The notes: a model not told the origin generated them from the sequence alone. A stretch of DNA of 64,000 bases from an uncultured Actinomycetota bacterium (GCA_963718235.1 CAVQYR010000001.1:864001-928000), one strand, 5' to 3'; counted from the stretch's first letter, positions 46,583 to 56,832 are shown. Numbers and translations are program-made.

Positions 46583-47167
46583 ATGGCCGAGTCCCGCGGA
46601 GAACGTCCGGACCCCCTGCGGGGGTGGGTCGACGACGACCTGGCCGACCGGCTCGCCGGGGTGGAGCGGGTCGACCTCGACCGCACCGCCGCCGACCTGG
46701 CGGTCGCGGAGTGGGCCGCCGTCGCCTGGGCCGACCGGGCCGGCCCAGCCGGCACGGGCCGGCCGTGCGTCGTCCGGGTCACGGTCGCGGGCGCAGACGA
46801 GCCACTGGTCGGCACCGTCGTCGACCGGGGCCAGGGGTGGTTGCTGCTGGCGTCACCGCACGGCGAGGTGGTCGTGTCGACCCGGGCCGTCCTGGGCGTC
46901 CAGGGGCTGCCGCGTCGGGCCGTCGAGGGGCACTCGGTGTCGTTGCGGTCACGCGGGATCGGTGTGGCCCTGCGGGCGCTGGCCGCGCGCGGGCTCCCGG
47001 TGACCGTGGCCCGGCTCGACGGCACCCGGCTGCAGGGGACGGTGCGCAACGTGGGGGGCGATGCCCTCGACCTGCTGGAGCACCCGACCGACCGGGCGCC
47101 GAGGGGCGCGGACCCGGTGACGACGCTGCCGTTCGCGGCGCTGGCGACGGTGCGGGCCGAGGGGTAG
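46583..47167 (+). CDS. Conserved actinobacterial hypothetical protein (two Sm/SH3-like beta modules)
   Basis: G.VVD.G.GWLLL, ALRALA, G..LQGTV..VG.D.LDL; TAGCGT -10 just upstream. Confidence 0.65.
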   Translation: MAESRGERPDPLRGWVDDDLADRLAGVERVDLDRTAADLAVAEWAAVAWADRAGPAGTGRPCVVRVTVAGADEPLVGTVVDRGQGWLLLASPHGEVVVSTRAVLGVQGLPRRAVEGHSVSLRSRGIGVALRALAARGLPVTVARLDGTRLQGTVRNVGGDALDLLEHPTDRAPRGADPVTTLPFAALATVRAEG

Positions 47168-47175
47168 GTCGGGAG

Positions 47176-47409
47176 TCAGCCGAGGGGTGGGGCCTCCCGG
47201 GCGAACGGGTGCTCGGCCACGAACTGCGCGGTCTGCTCGTAGCTGGCGGCGATGAACCGGTCGAGCTCGGCCACCTCGACCCGCCACTGTCCACGGCCGC
47301 CGATCTTGATCGCGCGCAGGTCGCCGTTGCGGACCAACGCGTACGTCTGGGACGCCGAGATGCTCAGCACCTCCGCGACGTCGGCCAGGGTGAGGAACCG
47401 GCGCTCCAC
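47176..47409 (-). CDS. Excisionase/BldC-like (HTH_17, MerR-type) small DNA-binding protein
   Basis: RFLTLADVAEVL.IS..Q.YALVR.GDL.AIKIGGRGQWRV; AAGGAGG RBS. Confidence 0.88.
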   Translation of the reverse strand: MERRFLTLADVAEVLSISASQTYALVRNGDLRAIKIGGRGQWRVEVAELDRFIAASYEQTAQFVAEHPFAREAPPLG

Positions 47410-47531
47410 GGGCCCTCCTTCGACGGCTCAGGGTGATCGTGCCGCCTCGGACGGTACTCGTGCGTCGGCCGCCCGAAGGACCTGTGGACGAAGAACGACC
47501 CCGGTGTCGCGGGGTCGGGCACCATCCCGGC

Positions 47532-48164
47532 ATGGCTGTCACCGGTGTGCCGAAGGCCGTGCGCCTGCCGACCCCCTCGCTGGTCGACGCCCGCACGCTC
47601 GTGGGGCTGCTGCTCGTGGTCGGGTCCGTGCTCGGGGTCGGGTGGGTCGTCGCCACCGCCGACGACGACGTTGCGGTCTGGGCGCTGCGGTCCGACCTCG
47701 CTGCGGGGGCCACCGTCGCAGCCGACGACGTCGCGCTCACCCGGGTCCGGCTGGGCAGTGAACCGCTCGCCTACCTGGGCGAGTCGGCCGACCCGGTGGG
47801 GCAGGTCGTGGTGCGCGACGTCGCCTCCGGTGAGCTCCTGGCCGCGTCCGCCGTACGCGCGGCCGACGCCGTGGACCGGCGGCTCGTCACCGTGCCCGTG
47901 GCGCGCTACCACCTCGCCGCCGACCTGCGGCGGGGGGAGCGGGTCGACGTCTACGTCGTCGAGCGCGGAGCCACCGGGGAACCGGTCGGCGAGCCACGGC
48001 TGGTGCTGGGCGAGGTCACCGTCGAGGCCGTCGACGACGGCGGCTCGCGGCTGGGTGGTTCGAGCCTGGAGACGGGGGTCGTCCTGTCGGTGTCCCCCGA
48101 CGACGTCACCTCGCTGGTGGGCGCGTCGGCCGGCGGGGCGCTCACCCTGGTCCGGGTCCCCTGA
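47532..48164 (+). CDS. SAF-domain membrane protein (CpaB/FlgA-like)
   Basis: Single TM, VWA...DL.AG, G.VV.RDV..GELL, L.RG..VDVY. Confidence 0.72.
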   Translation: MAVTGVPKAVRLPTPSLVDARTLVGLLLVVGSVLGVGWVVATADDDVAVWALRSDLAAGATVAADDVALTRVRLGSEPLAYLGESADPVGQVVVRDVASGELLAASAVRAADAVDRRLVTVPVARYHLAADLRRGERVDVYVVERGATGEPVGEPRLVLGEVTVEAVDDGGSRLGGSSLETGVVLSVSPDDVTSLVGASAGGALTLVRVP

Positions 48165-48166
48165 CC

Positions 48167-49456
48167 GTGGGCGCGCGGGTGCTGCTGGCCGTGTCCGACC
48201 GCCGACAGGAGGCCGACCTGATCGCGGCCCTGCGGGGATCGCCCGGTGGGGCGGAGCTCAGCCGGCGCTGCGTCGACCTCGCCGACGTGCTGGCCGCCGC
48301 CTCCACCGGCTGCGCAGACGTGGCGCTGCTGTCGGCGTCCCTGCGCCGGCTGGACCGGGACGCCGTGGCCATGTTGCGTCGCCAGGGGGTCGAGGTCGTG
48401 GTGGTGACCGCCGACCGGGGCGACGCCGACTCGGACGCGCCAGCCGACCCCTGGGCGGCCTGGGGGGTCCGGGCCGTGGTCGGTCCGGACCCGCAGGACG
48501 TGCTGCGCGCGGTACTTGCCGGGCCGGCGTCCAGCGGGCCGCGCACCGAGCCGCGCGGGACGACCGGGCACCTCGTCGCGGTGTGGGGCCCGACCGGGGC
48601 GCCGGGCCGCACCACGGTCGCGGTGACCGTGGCCGACGAGCTGGCCCGGCTCGGCCACGACACCCTGCTCGCCGACGCCGACACCTACGGCGCCAGCGTC
48701 GCCCAGGTGCTGGGTCTGCTCGACGACACGTCGGGCCTGGCGTCAGTGACCCGGCTGGCGGCCACCGGCCGGCTCGACCCGGCCGCGTGTGCGCGGGCGA
48801 CGGTCGCCCTGCCGTCCGGGGTGCACGTGCTGACCGGCGTGGCCCGCCCGGACCGGTGGGTCGAGCTGCGCGGTGACTCCTTGCAGGCCGTGTGGTCGTG
48901 GGCCGGTTCCACCTACGCGTTCGTCGTGCTCGACTGCGCGTTCGGGCTGGGCGGCGGCCTCGCCGGGTCCTGGCCGTCCGAGGTGGGCCCGCCCGACCGG
49001 GACGAGGCCACGCTCGCGTCCCTCGCCGTGGCCGACACCGTGCTCGCCGTCGGCTCGGCCGACCCGGTCGGCCTGGTCCGGCTGGCCCGGGACCTTCCCG
49101 CCGTGGTCGAGCGGGCCCCCGCAGCCCAGGTGCGGGTCGTGGTCACCCGGTGTCGCCGGGGCGCCGTCGGTGGCGACCCGCGGCGCGCGGTGCCGGCCGT
49201 CGTGGCGCCGGTCCTGGCCGACCTGGCGATGCGGCACGGCGGGCGGGTCTGCACTGACGTCCACCTCGTCCCTGACGGGCGCGCCGAGCTCGACAGCGCG
49301 CTCCTGTCCGGTCGGACGCTGGGCGAGTCGGCGCCGGGCTCGACCGCTCACCAGGCGCTGCTGGCGCTCGCCGAGAGCGTCGTCGACCAGTCGTCGGGTA
49401 CCCCGGCGTCGACGACGACGAGACGCTCGCGCCGTCGCTTGCGCCGCACGGGCTGA
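48167..49456 (+). CDS. CpaE/MinD-like ATPase with receiver-like N-terminus
   Basis: RRCVDLAD, AVWGPTGAPGRTT (deviant P-loop), DADTYG, VLDC.F, ADPVGL.RL. Confidence 0.8.
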   Translation: MGARVLLAVSDRRQEADLIAALRGSPGGAELSRRCVDLADVLAAASTGCADVALLSASLRRLDRDAVAMLRRQGVEVVVVTADRGDADSDAPADPWAAWGVRAVVGPDPQDVLRAVLAGPASSGPRTEPRGTTGHLVAVWGPTGAPGRTTVAVTVADELARLGHDTLLADADTYGASVAQVLGLLDDTSGLASVTRLAATGRLDPAACARATVALPSGVHVLTGVARPDRWVELRGDSLQAVWSWAGSTYAFVVLDCAFGLGGGLAGSWPSEVGPPDRDEATLASLAVADTVLAVGSADPVGLVRLARDLPAVVERAPAAQVRVVVTRCRRGAVGGDPRRAVPAVVAPVLADLAMRHGGRVCTDVHLVPDGRAELDSALLSGRTLGESAPGSTAHQALLALAESVVDQSSGTPASTTTRRSRRRLRRTG

Positions 49457-49475
49457 GGCCACCGTCTCGGCGACC

Positions 49476-51152
49476 TCAGGGTGAGGAGGTCGCCACGTCG
49501 ACGCCCGAGCCGGCCGGCCCGGGAGCCCCGCCCCGGGAGGCTGGTTCGCGGGGCAGCGCCAACGTGGCGAGCAGTCCGAGCAGCACCCAGCCGGCCGCGA
49601 CCCACGCGACGTGCCGGAGGGCGTCGACGAACGCCTCGTCGGCGACCGCACGCACCTGCGTCGTCAGCTGGAGCGACGGCGGCACCAGGGTTTCGGGGAG
49701 CGCGAGCAGGGTCGGCTCGCTCTTCAGGGCGGCCGCGATCTGGGTCGCGGGTGCCTCCGCCACACCTGCCGCGGTGAGCCCGTCGTGGATGCCGCGGCCC
49801 AGGGAGATGACCAGGACAGCGCCGAGCAGGGCGGTGCCCAGGGCGGCCCCGATCTGGCGCGAGGTGCTCTGCACCGCCGACCCCTGACCGGACTCGGAGA
49901 CCGGGATGTCGGCCATGACGACGCCGGTGAGCTGCGCCGTGGCGAACCCGACGCCGATGCCGTAGACGAACAGCCACGGCGCGAAGGTCCAGCCGGTGCT
50001 CGTCGTGGACACCACGGCACCGATCCCCACGATCCCGACAACCTCCAGCGCCATGCCCAGCCGGACCACGGTGCGCCCGCCGTACCGGTTTGCGATCTGG
50101 GCCGCTCCAGGGCTGGCAACGAACGTCCCGACGGCCAGCGAGAGCAGCACGACGCCGGTGTCGAAGGCTGAGTAACCGATGACGCTCTGCAGGAACAGGG
50201 GGAGGGCGAACAGCAGGCCGAACTCGCCCAGGCTCACGATCAGGGCGGCGATGTTGCCGTAGCGGAACGACCGGATGTCGAACAAGGTGAAGTCGAGCAG
50301 CACGATCTCGTCGGCTCGGGCCCGTCGGTGCTCGACGACGAGGAACAGGCCCAGGCAGACGACGAACAGCCCGACGGCCACGGCGCTCGGGGCCACTGCG
50401 GTGAGCGGCCACTCGACCCCGGCCGCGCTGAACGTCGCGGTGGGAGTCCACCAGCCGTAGCGCTGGCCCTCGATCAGGGCGAAGACCAAAGAGGCGAGCC
50501 CGACGATGGACAGCCCGGCGCCGACCAGGTCCAGGCCCCGCCGCGCGTTCGGGTCGTTGGTCTCCGGGACGTAGCGGACCAGGCCGTAGACGATGACCAG
50601 GCCGATCGGCACGTTGATCAGGAAGGCCCACTGCCACCCGAACGTGGTCGTGAGCCAACCGCCGAGCAGCGGACCCAGCGCCGCGGTGCCCCCGATCGTG
50701 GAGCCCCAGATGGCGAACGCGACGGCCCGGTCCTTGCCCTGGAACATGGCGTTGACCGACGACAGCGACGCCGGAAGGATCATCGCGCCGCCGATGCCCT
50801 GCAGGACGCGTCCGAGGATGAGCACCGGTACCGAGTCGAGCCAGTGGCTGGAGGCAGCCACCAGGCTGGCCAGCATGAACACCACGACGCCCAGCACGAA
50901 CAGGCGTCGACGTCCGACGATGTCGCCGACCCGCCCCGTCGTCAGCAGCAACGACGCGAAGACCAGCGAGTAGATCGAGGTCACCCACTCCGCGTCGGGG
51001 ATGGTGAGCCCGATGTCGAGCTGGATTGACGGGATCGCGACGTTCACGATCGTCGCGTCGACGATGATCATGGCCACGCCCAGCGCGATGAAGGGCATCG
51101 CCACCCATCGGCGTCGGGCGGGTGACCGGTCGTTCGTCGGTTCGCTCGTCAC
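49476..51152 (-). CDS. DHA2 family MFS efflux transporter
   Basis: DATIVNVAIP, GRVGDIVGRRR, LGPLLGG, WAFLINVPIG; about 14 TM segments. Confidence 0.92.
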   Translation of the reverse strand: MTSEPTNDRSPARRRWVAMPFIALGVAMIIVDATIVNVAIPSIQLDIGLTIPDAEWVTSIYSLVFASLLLTTGRVGDIVGRRRLFVLGVVVFMLASLVAASSHWLDSVPVLILGRVLQGIGGAMILPASLSSVNAMFQGKDRAVAFAIWGSTIGGTAALGPLLGGWLTTTFGWQWAFLINVPIGLVIVYGLVRYVPETNDPNARRGLDLVGAGLSIVGLASLVFALIEGQRYGWWTPTATFSAAGVEWPLTAVAPSAVAVGLFVVCLGLFLVVEHRRARADEIVLLDFTLFDIRSFRYGNIAALIVSLGEFGLLFALPLFLQSVIGYSAFDTGVVLLSLAVGTFVASPGAAQIANRYGGRTVVRLGMALEVVGIVGIGAVVSTTSTGWTFAPWLFVYGIGVGFATAQLTGVVMADIPVSESGQGSAVQSTSRQIGAALGTALLGAVLVISLGRGIHDGLTAAGVAEAPATQIAAALKSEPTLLALPETLVPPSLQLTTQVRAVADEAFVDALRHVAWVAAGWVLLGLLATLALPREPASRGGAPGPAGSGVDVATSSP

Positions 51153-51208
51153 GCCACGACCCTAAAGGCGCCGCCGAGGGGTGGCTCGCCGGCTCCTAGG
51201 ATCGCGGG

Positions 51209-51859
51209 ATGCCACGGCCCGAAGCGCTGATCGTCGACTGGTACGGCGTCCTCACGGTGGGGATCGACGACGCCATGTCGGCCTGGTGCGAGTCCGACGG
51301 CATCGACTACCCGGCGTTCCGGACCGCGATGGCCGAGTGGTTCGGCGAGGAGGGGTACCTCGAAGCCACGTACAACCCGGTGCACGGGCTCGAGCGTGGT
51401 GAGCTCGAGGTGCCCGACTTCGAGGCGCAGCTGGTGCAGCGGCTACGCCGCCCGGACGGCTCGGCGCTTCCGCCCGAGGGCCTGTTGGCGCGGATGTTCG
51501 CCCGGTTCGAGCACAAGCAGGACATGGCCGGGCTCGTGCTGCGCGCCCGGCGCGCAGGGATTGCCACGGCCCTGCTGTCCAACTCCTGGGGAGACCACTA
51601 CCTGCGCCACGGGTGGGACGACATGTTCGACGTCGTGGTCATCTCCGGCGAGGTGGGCATGCGCAAGCCGGAGCCGCGCATCTTCGAGTACGCGCTGTCC
51701 CAGCTCGACGTCACCGCGTCGCAGTGCGTCTTCGTCGACGACACCCCGGGCAACATCCGCGCCGCCGTGGCGTTGGGACTCGTCGGCGTCCACCATGCCG
51801 GCTACGAGGAGACTGCAGCCGAGCTGGAGGCGCTCTTCGGTGTTCCGCTCGCCCGGTGA
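51209..51859 (+). CDS. HAD-family phosphatase
   Basis: LIVDWYGVLT, LLSNSW, GMRKPEPRIF, VFVDD. Confidence 0.88.
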   Translation: MPRPEALIVDWYGVLTVGIDDAMSAWCESDGIDYPAFRTAMAEWFGEEGYLEATYNPVHGLERGELEVPDFEAQLVQRLRRPDGSALPPEGLLARMFARFEHKQDMAGLVLRARRAGIATALLSNSWGDHYLRHGWDDMFDVVVISGEVGMRKPEPRIFEYALSQLDVTASQCVFVDDTPGNIRAAVALGLVGVHHAGYEETAAELEALFGVPLAR

Positions 51860-51892
51860 GCGGTCCGTGCGGTCGCCGACCCGCGTGAGACG

Positions 51893-53303
51893 ATGACCGG
51901 CGTGGTCGACCGGCTGAGCGCTCTTGATGCTTCCTACCTGTACATGGAGGAAGCGACGACGCCGATGCACACCGGAGCCGTGGCGGTCTTCCAGACGCCG
52001 CCGCCCAGCCCTGATACGGCCTTCGACTACGACCGCCTCGTGCACCTCGTTCAGGAGCGCATCCCGCTGGTGCCCCGCTACCGGCAGAAGGTGCGCTGGG
52101 TGCCCGGCAACCTGGCCGGTCCGGTCTGGGTCGACGACGAGGCGTTCGACGTCACGTACCACGTGCGCCGCTCGGCGCTGCCACGACCGGGCAGCGACCA
52201 CCAGCTGCACGAGCTGGTCGCGCGGCTGCTCAGCCGCCCGCTCGACCGAAACCGCCCGCTGTGGGAGGTGTACCTCGTCGAGGGGCTGTCCGACCACCGG
52301 TTCGCCCTGATCACCAAGACCCACCAGGCCCTCGTCGACGGGATCGTCGCCCTCGACCTCGGGCAGGTCCTGCTGGACCGTGGCCCCGACCCGGAGGTCT
52401 CGCCCAGGTTCGATGACGACTGGCTCCCGCTGGTGGAGCCCTCCTCGCTGGACCTCCTGGCCGGCGCGGTCACCGAGATCGTGAAACGTCCGACGGCGGT
52501 CGTCGACCTCGTCCGCCACGGGGTCAGCGACGTGCGCCGGACCGTCGACCGGGTGGGCTCGGCGGCCGGCAGCGCGCTCAGCATGGCGCGGCACGTTGCG
52601 CGGACAGCACCGACCTCGCCGTTGAACACCGAGATCGGTGAGGCTCGTCGGTTCGCCACCGCGAGGGCCGACCTCGCCCGGTTCAAGGCCGTGCGTGCGC
52701 AGCACGGTGGCACGGTCAACGATGTCGTGCTCGCCGTGATCGCCGGGGCGCTTCGCGCCTGGCTGCAGATGCGTGGAGAACCGGTCAACGCCCGGACGAC
52801 GGTCCGCGCCATGGTCCCGGTGAGCGTCGTGGTCGGCGGCGAGGGCGATTCATCCGTCGAGGCCTACTTCGTCGATCTGCCGGTGGGCGAGAACTCGCCG
52901 GCCGTCCGGCTCCACCAGGCGTCGTACGCGATGCGGGCGCACCAGGAGACGGGGACGGCGGTCGGGGCGCAGTCCCTCGCCGGGGTCGCCGGGTTCGGCC
53001 CGCCCACGCTGCACGCCCTCGGGTGCACGTGCGGCGTCCGGGCTGTCGCGCCGGGTGTTCAACCTCGTGGTGACCAACGTGCCCGGCCCGCAGGTGCCCC
53101 TGTACCTCTCGGGGGCGCGGATGCTCGAGGCGTACCCGGTGGTGCCGTTGGCGAAGGGGCAGGCGCTGACCATCGGTGTGACCAGCTACGACGGCACGGT
53201 GTTCTTCGGTCTGTACGGCGACCGCGACGCGATGTCCGACCTCGACGTGCTGGGCGAGTCGCTGCTCGACGCGCTCGACGAGCTCGACGACGGCGGGCAC
53301 TGA
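51893..53303 (+). CDS. Wax ester synthase/diacylglycerol acyltransferase (frameshift near 53022)
   Basis: RLSALDASYL, PMHTG, RPLWE, THQALVDG, TVNDVVL, then FNLVVTNVPGPQ in the next frame. Confidence 0.88.
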
Positions 53304-53764
53304 TGCGCGTCTACGTCCCCTTCACCGTGGACCGGCTGGCATCGGTCGTGGAGTCCTCGGCGGTCGGTCCGGCGCCGTTCGCCGCCGCCGCGGTCACCGC
53401 CTCCCGCCGCCTTGAGCAGCAAGGCGCCGATGTCGAGCAGCTGGAGCACGACGCCACGACCGACGCGGCGCGCCGCTCCCTGGAGCTGCTCGCCCAGGAC
53501 CCCGCCTCGGCCTACCGAAGGCTCGTGATCGCCGCCGACGTCGAGGATCGTCACGTCGGACCCCATGAGCGGCCAGGCTGGGTCACGGTCACCGGTCCGG
53601 TGCCGCTCGGGCGGGTGGCCGCATTCCTGGTCGACGGCGAGGACGCCGTCCCCGACGTGTCGACCGCAGCCTTGACCCGGGCCTACGACGCCCTCGACGA
53701 CGTCCCCCTGCAGTGGTTCGCCGTGGGTGAGCTCTCGGCCCTCGTCGACGACGTCGGCTCGTGA
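53303..53764 (+). CDS. DUF6912-like hypothetical protein
   Basis: MRVYVP.T, AVT, EQLE..A...AA..SL, RRLVIAAD, LQWFA..EL. Confidence 0.72.
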   Translation: MRVYVPFTVDRLASVVESSAVGPAPFAAAAVTASRRLEQQGADVEQLEHDATTDAARRSLELLAQDPASAYRRLVIAADVEDRHVGPHERPGWVTVTGPVPLGRVAAFLVDGEDAVPDVSTAALTRAYDALDDVPLQWFAVGELSALVDDVGS

Positions 53765-53804
53765 CACGATGGCGGCAGTGAGCCAGCCCTTCCGGAGGTC
53801 AGCA

Positions 53805-55430
53805 GTGGACGCCGTCACGCAGGTACCCGCACCGGTCAACGAACCAGTCCTCACCTACGGGCCGGGCACGCCCGAGCGCGGCGAGGTCGAGCAGGCGCTG
53901 AAGACCCTCCAGGCGCAGCCGCGGGACCTGCCCATGGTGGTCGGTGGCGAGCACCGCATGGGCAGCGGCGTCCCCACCGTGGTCGTGCAGCCGCACGCCC
54001 ATGCAGAAGTCCTGGGCACGATGAACAAGGCCACCCCCGAGGACGCCGAGCTGGCCGTCGCTGCCGCGGCCGCGGCCGCCCCCGGCTGGCGCGACCTGTC
54101 CTTCGACGACCGGGCCGCGGTGATCCTCAAGGCGGCTGACCTGCTGGCCGGCCCGTGGCGGGCCCGGCTCAACGCGGCCACGATGCTCGGCCAGTCCAAG
54201 ACCGTGCAGCAGGCCGAGATCGACGCCGCGTGCGAGCTGGTCGACTTCTGGCGCTACAACGTGCACTTCGCCCGGCAGATCCAGGAGCAGCAGCCGTCGT
54301 CGTCCCGGGGCGTCTGGAACCGGCTCGACCACCGGCCGCTCGAGGGCTTCGTCTACGCCGTGACGCCGTTCAACTTCACCGCGATCGCGGGCAACCTCCC
54401 GACCGCACCTGCGCTCATGGGCAACACCGTCGTCTGGAAGCCCGCCCACACCCAGCAGCTGGCAGCCAGCCTGCTCATGGAGCTGCTGGAGGAGGCCGGC
54501 TTGCCGCCTGGAGTGATCAACATGGTCACCGGCGACGGCAAGGCGGTGTCCGGCGTCACCCTGGCCAGCCCGGACCTGGCCGGCATCCACTTCACGGGCT
54601 CGACCCCGGTCTTCCAGATGTTCTGGCAGCAGGTCGGTGCCAACATCCACAGCTACCGCTCCTACCCACGGATCGTGGGGGAGACCGGGGGCAAGGACTT
54701 CATCGTGGCCCACCCGTCGGCCGACGTCGACGTGCTGCGCACGGCGATGACCCGTGGTGCGTTCGAGTACCAGGGCCAGAAGTGCTCGGCGGCCTCCCGC
54801 GCCTACGTCCCGCGCAGCCTCTGGTCGCGGCTGCGCGACGACCTGGTCTCGGAGGTCGACGGTCTCTCGATGGGCGACGTGCGTGACCTGTCGAACTTCA
54901 TGGGTGCGGTGATCGACGACGCCTCCTTCGCCAAGCTCGCCGACGTTCAGAGACAGGCTGCTTCGGACCCCACCATCGAGGTGCTGGCCGGAGGGACCGC
55001 CGACGACTCGGTGGGCTACTTCGTGCGGCCGACCTTGCTGGTGGGCAGCGACCCCACGAACGAGATCTTCCGCGACGAGTACTTCGGGCCGATCCTCGCC
55101 GTGCACGTGTACGACGACGGCGACTACGACACGATGCTCGACCAGATGGAGGGCATCGCCCCCTACGCCCTGACCGGGTCGATCATCGCGCAGGACCGAA
55201 GGGCTGTCGCCGAGGCCTCGCAGCGGCTGCGGTTCGCGGCCGGCAACTTCTACGTCAACGACAAGCCGACCGGTGCGGTGGTGGGCCAGCAGCCGTTCGG
55301 TGGCGGCCGGGCCAGCGGCACCAACGACAAGGCCGGGGGTCCGCAGAACCTCCTGCGCTGGGTCAGCCCACGCTCCATCAAGGAGACGTTCGTGCCGCCG
55401 ACCGACTACCGCTACCCGCACATGGGCTGA
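53805..55430 (+). CDS. pruA: L-glutamate gamma-semialdehyde (P5C) dehydrogenase
   Basis: P.NEPV, QAEIDAACE, PFNFTAI, GETGGKDF, EYQGQKCSA, GASGTNDKAG-like motif. Confidence 0.95.
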   Translation: MDAVTQVPAPVNEPVLTYGPGTPERGEVEQALKTLQAQPRDLPMVVGGEHRMGSGVPTVVVQPHAHAEVLGTMNKATPEDAELAVAAAAAAAPGWRDLSFDDRAAVILKAADLLAGPWRARLNAATMLGQSKTVQQAEIDAACELVDFWRYNVHFARQIQEQQPSSSRGVWNRLDHRPLEGFVYAVTPFNFTAIAGNLPTAPALMGNTVVWKPAHTQQLAASLLMELLEEAGLPPGVINMVTGDGKAVSGVTLASPDLAGIHFTGSTPVFQMFWQQVGANIHSYRSYPRIVGETGGKDFIVAHPSADVDVLRTAMTRGAFEYQGQKCSAASRAYVPRSLWSRLRDDLVSEVDGLSMGDVRDLSNFMGAVIDDASFAKLADVQRQAASDPTIEVLAGGTADDSVGYFVRPTLLVGSDPTNEIFRDEYFGPILAVHVYDDGDYDTMLDQMEGIAPYALTGSIIAQDRRAVAEASQRLRFAAGNFYVNDKPTGAVVGQQPFGGGRASGTNDKAGGPQNLLRWVSPRSIKETFVPPTDYRYPHMG

Positions 55431-55437
55431 GCCCTTC

Positions 55438-56760
55438 ATGGCCGTCGTTCCCCCGACCCGCTATGCCACGTCGGCCGACGGCACCGCGGTGGCCTACCAG
55501 ACGCTGGGCGAGACCGGGCCCGACGTCGTCTTCCTGCGCGCCTGGAACACCAACCTCGAGTACGAGTGGGAGGACCCGGTCCTCGCCCATGCGCTGCGAC
55601 GCATCGGGCAGTTCGGTCGGCTCGTCATCCTCGACCGCAGGGGCATGGGGTTGTCCGACCGTCCGGCCGACGAACCGACCCTGGAAGCCCATGCCGACGA
55701 CATCCTGACGGTGCTCGACGACCTGGCCTGTGACGATGCCTGGCTGGTCGGTACGGCCGCGGCCTGCGGGATCGTGTCGGCCTTCGCGGCCATGCACCCG
55801 AGCCGGGCGCGTGGGGTCGTCCTGTTCCACCCCGACCCGGGCGGCGACGGGTCACCCGACGACGAGCTCGGCGTCGAGGCCTGGGTGGCCGGCTGGGGGA
55901 CGGAGGCCCACGCCGCCGAGCTGGCCTCGCTAGCCGCACCGAGCCGGGCGGACGACCCCGCCTTCGTGCACTGGCTGGCCACGATGGAGCGGCTCAGCGC
56001 CAGCCCCGCGGTGGCCCGGCGGCTGCTCGCCTCCGCCACGGTCGAGCTGGCCGACGTGCTGTGCGCCGTCCGAGTCCCGACCCTCGTTCTTGCGCGTGCG
56101 GGTCTCCCCGAGGACGAGCTGGCCGCGGCCCGCGCGGTCGCCGACCTGGTGCCTGATGCGCAGCTGGTGCTCGTGCCCGGAACGGACCACATGATCATCT
56201 CCGGGCCGGTTGACGCCGCCCTCGATGAGATCGAGCGGTTCGTCACGGGCTCGGTGCGCACCGCCCCGGACCTCGACCGGGTGCTCACGACAGTGCTGTT
56301 CACCGACCTCGTGTCATCGACCGAGCAGCTGACGAGCCTCGGGGACCGGCACTGGGGCGGGATGGTCGACCGGCACCACGGTGTGGTCCGCGACCTGCTC
56401 GAGCAGTACCACGGTGTCGAGCAGGACACTGCCGGTGATGGCTTCTTCGCCACGTTCGACGGTCCCGCCCGAGCGGTGCGCTGTGCCCGCGAGATCGTGA
56501 CCGCCGTGGGAGGGCTTGGGCTCTCCGTGCGCGCGGGCGTGCACACCGGGGAGTGCGAGTCAGTCGACGGCAAGGCGTCGGGTGTGGCTGTCGTCGTGGC
56601 GGCTCGGGTGATGGCGTCGGCCGGAGCCGGTGAGGTGCGCACGACATCCACCGTGCACGACCTGGTGGCGGGGTCGAGCCTCACGTTCGAGGACCTCGGT
56701 GACTTCGCGCTCAAGGGGCTCTCCGGTCCAAGACGGCTGTTTCGGCTGGTCGGCGCGTGA
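55438..56760 (+). CDS. Alpha/beta-hydrolase + class III nucleotidyl cyclase fusion (LipJ/Rv1900c-like)
   Basis: TRYA...VAYQ, DRRGMGLSD; TVLFTDLVSST, AGDGFFATFDGP, RAGVHTGE, AARV, LKG. Confidence 0.88.
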   Translation: MAVVPPTRYATSADGTAVAYQTLGETGPDVVFLRAWNTNLEYEWEDPVLAHALRRIGQFGRLVILDRRGMGLSDRPADEPTLEAHADDILTVLDDLACDDAWLVGTAAACGIVSAFAAMHPSRARGVVLFHPDPGGDGSPDDELGVEAWVAGWGTEAHAAELASLAAPSRADDPAFVHWLATMERLSASPAVARRLLASATVELADVLCAVRVPTLVLARAGLPEDELAAARAVADLVPDAQLVLVPGTDHMIISGPVDAALDEIERFVTGSVRTAPDLDRVLTTVLFTDLVSSTEQLTSLGDRHWGGMVDRHHGVVRDLLEQYHGVEQDTAGDGFFATFDGPARAVRCAREIVTAVGGLGLSVRAGVHTGECESVDGKASGVAVVVAARVMASAGAGEVRTTSTVHDLVAGSSLTFEDLGDFALKGLSGPRRLFRLVGA

Positions 56761-56832
56761 CCGGCCGGTCGCCGTAGTCTGCTGAGCCAAAGCGCCCCAG
56801 GAGGGCCGGATGTCTCAGCAGGAGGCCCGAGA

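Noticed and set aside
47176-47409. Prophage or ICE excisionase
   Set aside because: No integrase, att repeats, tRNA or compositional shift; the context is conserved core next to secA
51893-53764. WS/DGAT-DUF6912 fusion (623 aa)
   Set aside because: It arises from the frameshift near 53022; the true WS/DGAT C-terminus ends at 53303 in another frame
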